From Eledone cirrhosa (Eukaryota): a DNA stretch of 27,629 nucleotides. Position numbers and translations under genes: made by a program. Position 1 is the first letter of the stretch, and every line of letters starts with the position of its first letter. The notes below the pieces were generated by a model. That model had not been told where the DNA came from, searched no databases, and worked only from the letters and a program-made list of their open reading frames with translations. The stretch covers positions 1 through 27,629 of the forward strand of contig CAXHJY010001569.1 in assembly GCA_964016885.1 (NCBI GenBank), written 5' to 3'. Below are positions 24,673 to 27,629 of this stretch, piece by piece.

Positions 24673-24732
24673 TTTCATTCTGAGGATTGAAAGCAAAATC
24701 TTTTGCTTTTAAGAAACCACTGGTAAATGGAA
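24673..24732 (+). ncRNA. Type I hammerhead ribozyme, fully paired
   Basis: Stem I TTTCATT/AATGGAA (7 bp, one G.U), CTGAGGA at 24680-24686, stem II TTGAAAGCAAA/TTTGCTTTTAA, GAAA at 24713-24716, stem III ACC/GGT, GUA triplet ending at 24725. Confidence 0.8.
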
Positions 24733-24830
24733 TAATTGCCTTATGTTGTTTATTACATAATAATAATTAAGCTCTGTTACCTACATAGAGCACTCTTTTT
24801 TCCTGGACTTTTCCGACGGAATTACTTCAC

Positions 24831-24867
<37 letters not shown>

Positions 24868-24887
24868 TATAGATAGATAGATAGATA

Positions 24888-25135
24888 TCATCATCATCAT
24901 CATTATCGTTTAATGTCTGTCTATCTTCCATGCTAGCATGGGTAGGACAGGTTGACCCATAGGGAGAGAATCAGGTTAGATATCATGTTTAGCTCACCCA
25001 GAGCAGATTTTGGCTTGGTTTCTGCAGTTGGATGCCCTTCTTAACACCAACCACATTTACAGTGTGTGCTGAGTGCTTTTTGTCGTGTCACCTACATGAT
25101 CACTTTACAGTGTGGACTGGGCACTTTTGTCTTGG
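24888..25135 (-). mobile_element. RTE LINE 3'-tail fragment
   Basis: (CAT)n followed by CTTCCATGCTAGCATGGGT..TGGATGCCCTTC..CCACATTTACAGTGTG, as at 18434-18700. Confidence 0.75.
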
Positions 25136-25194
25136 AACTAGGGAAGGATAATATCAAGCAAGAAAAAGTGGATGTAAAATGATGATGATGATGA

Positions 25195-25268
<74 letters not shown>

Positions 25269-25442
25269 AAGATAATATATATATATATAGAGAGAGAGAG
25301 AAAGATAATATATATAGAGAGAGAGACTGTATAGTATGTATAGTAAATATAAAATAACTGAGGAATCCTCCATATTTAGTGATATCCAATGCCAAATCAT
25401 CTGGCATTAGTCATTACTTGTTGATATTTTAAAAACATTTAC

Positions 25443-25547
25443 CTTCATGAACATTGAGATAGGACCCAATCCCATGTCCTGTTCTATGCATGTAAATTAA
25501 CCCAACATTCCACAAGTGGCGTCTAGCGAGGACATCAATTGAGAACC
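25443..25547 (-). CDS. XPNPEP: Xaa-Pro aminopeptidase, internal exon
   Basis: TTTTAG/GTAAAT boundaries, 105 nt, phase 1-1; (G)[34 protein letters not shown] is the M24B metal-binding His motif. Confidence 0.93.
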
Positions 25548-25608
25548 CTAAAATCACACAAAAACATTTATTGGATTTACAAAAAGCAAAAACAATAACA
25601 AAAAAAAT

Positions 25609-25926
25609 CATTATCATCATCATACATCCATTTTTCCATTCTCGTATGGATTAGATGAGTAGATACGTTGTCGTGTTGTGGGCAATGCTAGGTCAGGTGA
25701 CCATGTCTTGCTTATACAGAACTGATTTTGGCTTGGTTTCAACAGCTGGATGCCCTTCCCAATGCCAACCTCATTTACAGTGAATACTGGGTGCTTTTTA
25801 TCTTTTTGTTGTGACACCTACACGTCCACTTTACAGTGAGTACTGGGAGCTTTTTGTTGTGACTCCTACACAACTATTTTACAGTGTGGGCTGGGCGCTT
25901 TTTGCCATACACGACCACTTTACAGT
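25609..25926 (-). mobile_element. RTE LINE 3'-tail fragment with internal ~43-bp tandem subrepeats
   Basis: Tail motifs as above, plus about four copies of CACTTTACAGTG..CTGGG.GCTTTTT..GTGAC.CCTACAC. Confidence 0.7.
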
Positions 25927-26083
25927 GTAAAGTGTAAAAATAAAAATAAAATTAAACTACTGTAAGATACAATATAAAATGTCACAATGGACGATATTTT
26001 CAAATATCAGGCCATTATCTGTATGTCCACTAAGTCTAGTTAGATGGTTTAGTAGAAATACTGGATCTATATTACTATCTTAA

Positions 26084-26380
26084 CCCTTTAACATTTACAT
26101 TACACTATATTTACTATTGTATTTTCATGGTAAACCCTTTACCTAACATAATTATCTCACATAATATCAAATTTATGAGATTTTGTTATTATTTATTTTG
26201 AGAACAATACCTTATCATAAGTATGAGCAGCCAGTTATGGCCAGTTTAAACAGAAAGAGGTTTAAATGATGCTAAAAGGTTAACTCTTTAACATTTATAT
26301 TATTCTATATTTACTATTATATTTTCACGGTAAAGGCTTTACTGCACATAATATCGAATCTATAAGATTTTGATATTAGA
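26084..26380. mobile_element. Two tandem piggyBac-type MITE copies sharing a TTAA
   Basis: TTAA|CCCTTTAACATTT..ATGCTAAAAGG|TTAA (26084-26279), followed by a truncated copy from 26284. Confidence 0.7.
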
Positions 26381-26399
26381 TATTTCATAAGTATAATAT

Positions 26400-26910
26400 T
26401 CTGTTGATTGAATTAATTGGAACACATGTGTATACTTATGAAATTTATGTGCAAGTGGCTGAGCATTCTTCAGACATGTATACTCTTAACCCTTTAGCAT
26501 TTAAACCGGCTGTATCCGGCCAGAATTCTCTCACCTCTTTCTGTTTAAACTGGCTAAAACCAGCCACTCATACTGATGATAAGGTATTGTTCTCAAAATA
26601 AATAATACCAAAATATCATAGATTCGATATTATGTGAGATAAAGCCTTTACTGTGAAAATATAATAGTAAATATAGAGTAATGTAAATGTTAAAGGGTTA
26701 AAATAGTTCCCAGGGAAATTTAAGCATGACATAGTGATGTGAGAAGATTGGTCCTTTGAATTACAGATACAACTCATATTTTTCCAGCTGAGTGGATCTG
26801 GAGCAAAGTGAAATAAGGTGTCTTGTTCAAGAAAACAAGCACCATTGGGGATCAAACTCACTATCTTAAGATAATGAGCTGAACAGCCTAATCACTAAGC
26901 CACATGTGTT
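26400..26910 (-). mobile_element. SINE family B copy, interrupted by a MITE
   Basis: CAGCTGAGTGGA.CTGGAGCAA.GTGAAATAA.GTGTCTTG.TCAAG core shared with 27310-27476 and 12075-12325; the left boundary is approximate. Confidence 0.6.
26490..26697. mobile_element. piggyBac-type MITE
   Basis: TTAA|CCCTTTAGCATTT...AAATGTTAAAGGG|TTAA; TSDs at 26486-26489 and 26698-26701; inverted relative to 26084-26279. Confidence 0.8.
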
Positions 26911-26926
26911 CAAGTTGATAACTTAC

Positions 26927-26996
26927 CTGGTGTACCAGATATAAACTTCAGTTGGGCCAAGTCAACTGCACCCATCAATACTCTGGTGTAACATTC
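26927..26996 (-). CDS. XPNPEP: Xaa-Pro aminopeptidase, most upstream exon visible (gene continues beyond the window)
   Basis: TTCTAG/GTAAGT boundaries, 70 nt, phase 0-1; ECYTRVLMGAVDLAQLKFISGTP matches the e.yT.VLkG.i.l....FP.gt motif. Confidence 0.9.
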
Positions 26997-27149
26997 CTAG
27001 AATTTAGTAGAAATATACAGCTGGAGTTATTTCATTTAATGTGAACACATACACACAATTACATATACATACATATACATACATACAATTGGATAATCAC
27101 AGTCACACACACATAATTACATATACATACATTCATTTTCATTTCATTT

Positions 27150-27476
27150 CATTTTACATCCACTTTTCCCTGCTTGCAAGGGTGGGATGGGAACTGATTC
27201 TGGCTTGATTTCTACAGCTGGATGCCCTTCCTAACACCAACCCCATTTACAGTGAGTGCTGGGTGCTTTTTTGCCGTGGCACCTCCACGACCACTTTGCA
27301 GTGGAATGATAGGGACCCAAGTCCCTATCATCTCATTTCTACAGCTGAGTAAACTGGAGCAATGTGAAATAAAGTGTCTTGCTCAAGGAAACAACACATC
27401 ACCTGGTCTGAGAAGTGAACTCACAACCTTTCGATTGCAAGGCCAATGCTCTAACCAACCACTAAGCCATGTGCGT
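27150..27476 (-). mobile_element. RTE tail fragment followed by a SINE family B copy
   Basis: TTTCTACAGCTGGATGCCCTTCCTAAC (tail motif), then CAGCTGAGTAAACTGGAGCAATGTGAAATAAAGTGTCTTGCTCAAGG (SINE core). Confidence 0.65.
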
Positions 27477-27477
27477 T

Positions 27478-27605
27478 CATACAATTGGATAATCATAGAC
27501 ACACACACAATTACATATACATACATACAATTGGATAATCATAAACACACACACATAATTACATATACATACAATTGGATAATCGCAGACAAACACACAA
27601 TCACA
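27478..27605. repeat. ~45-bp minisatellite, continuing the units at 27045-27130
   Basis: Repeated CATACAATTGGATAATCA.AGAC(AC)nAATTACATAT. Confidence 0.8.
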
Positions 27606-27629
27606 TCATCATCATCATCATTTTACGTC

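Noticed and set aside
25770-25926. CRISPR-like spaced repeats
   Set aside because: Degenerate tandem subrepeats of the LINE 3' UTR in eukaryotic DNA, with no unique spacers or cas genes.

Overview
AT-rich, repeat-dense metazoan genomic DNA; the repeat content suggests a cephalopod such as octopus, but that is my inference. Genes: an isolated replication-dependent core-histone quartet in two divergent pairs (H2B<-/->H2A, H3<-/->H4), each gene with a 3' stem-loop and no H1 in the window. Also the last six coding exons of a minus-strand Xaa-Pro aminopeptidase (M24B) ending in a GPI-signal-like tail. Mobile DNA: a Chapaev3-type transposon with TIRs and TTA TSD, a short Helitron, two Penelope-like fragments (RT and GIY-YIG), a 3.2-kb decayed RTE LINE plus fragments, SINEs, piggyBac-type MITEs and a >1.5-kb (TA)n array. 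The most notable unannotated signal is a dispersed set of minimal type I hammerhead ribozymes: three near-intact and several decayed, half or foldback copies. Most lie next to (TA)n tracts or Penelope-like fragments, several share a downstream hairpin, and all three intronic copies are antisense to the host gene. All structures were assigned by eye.
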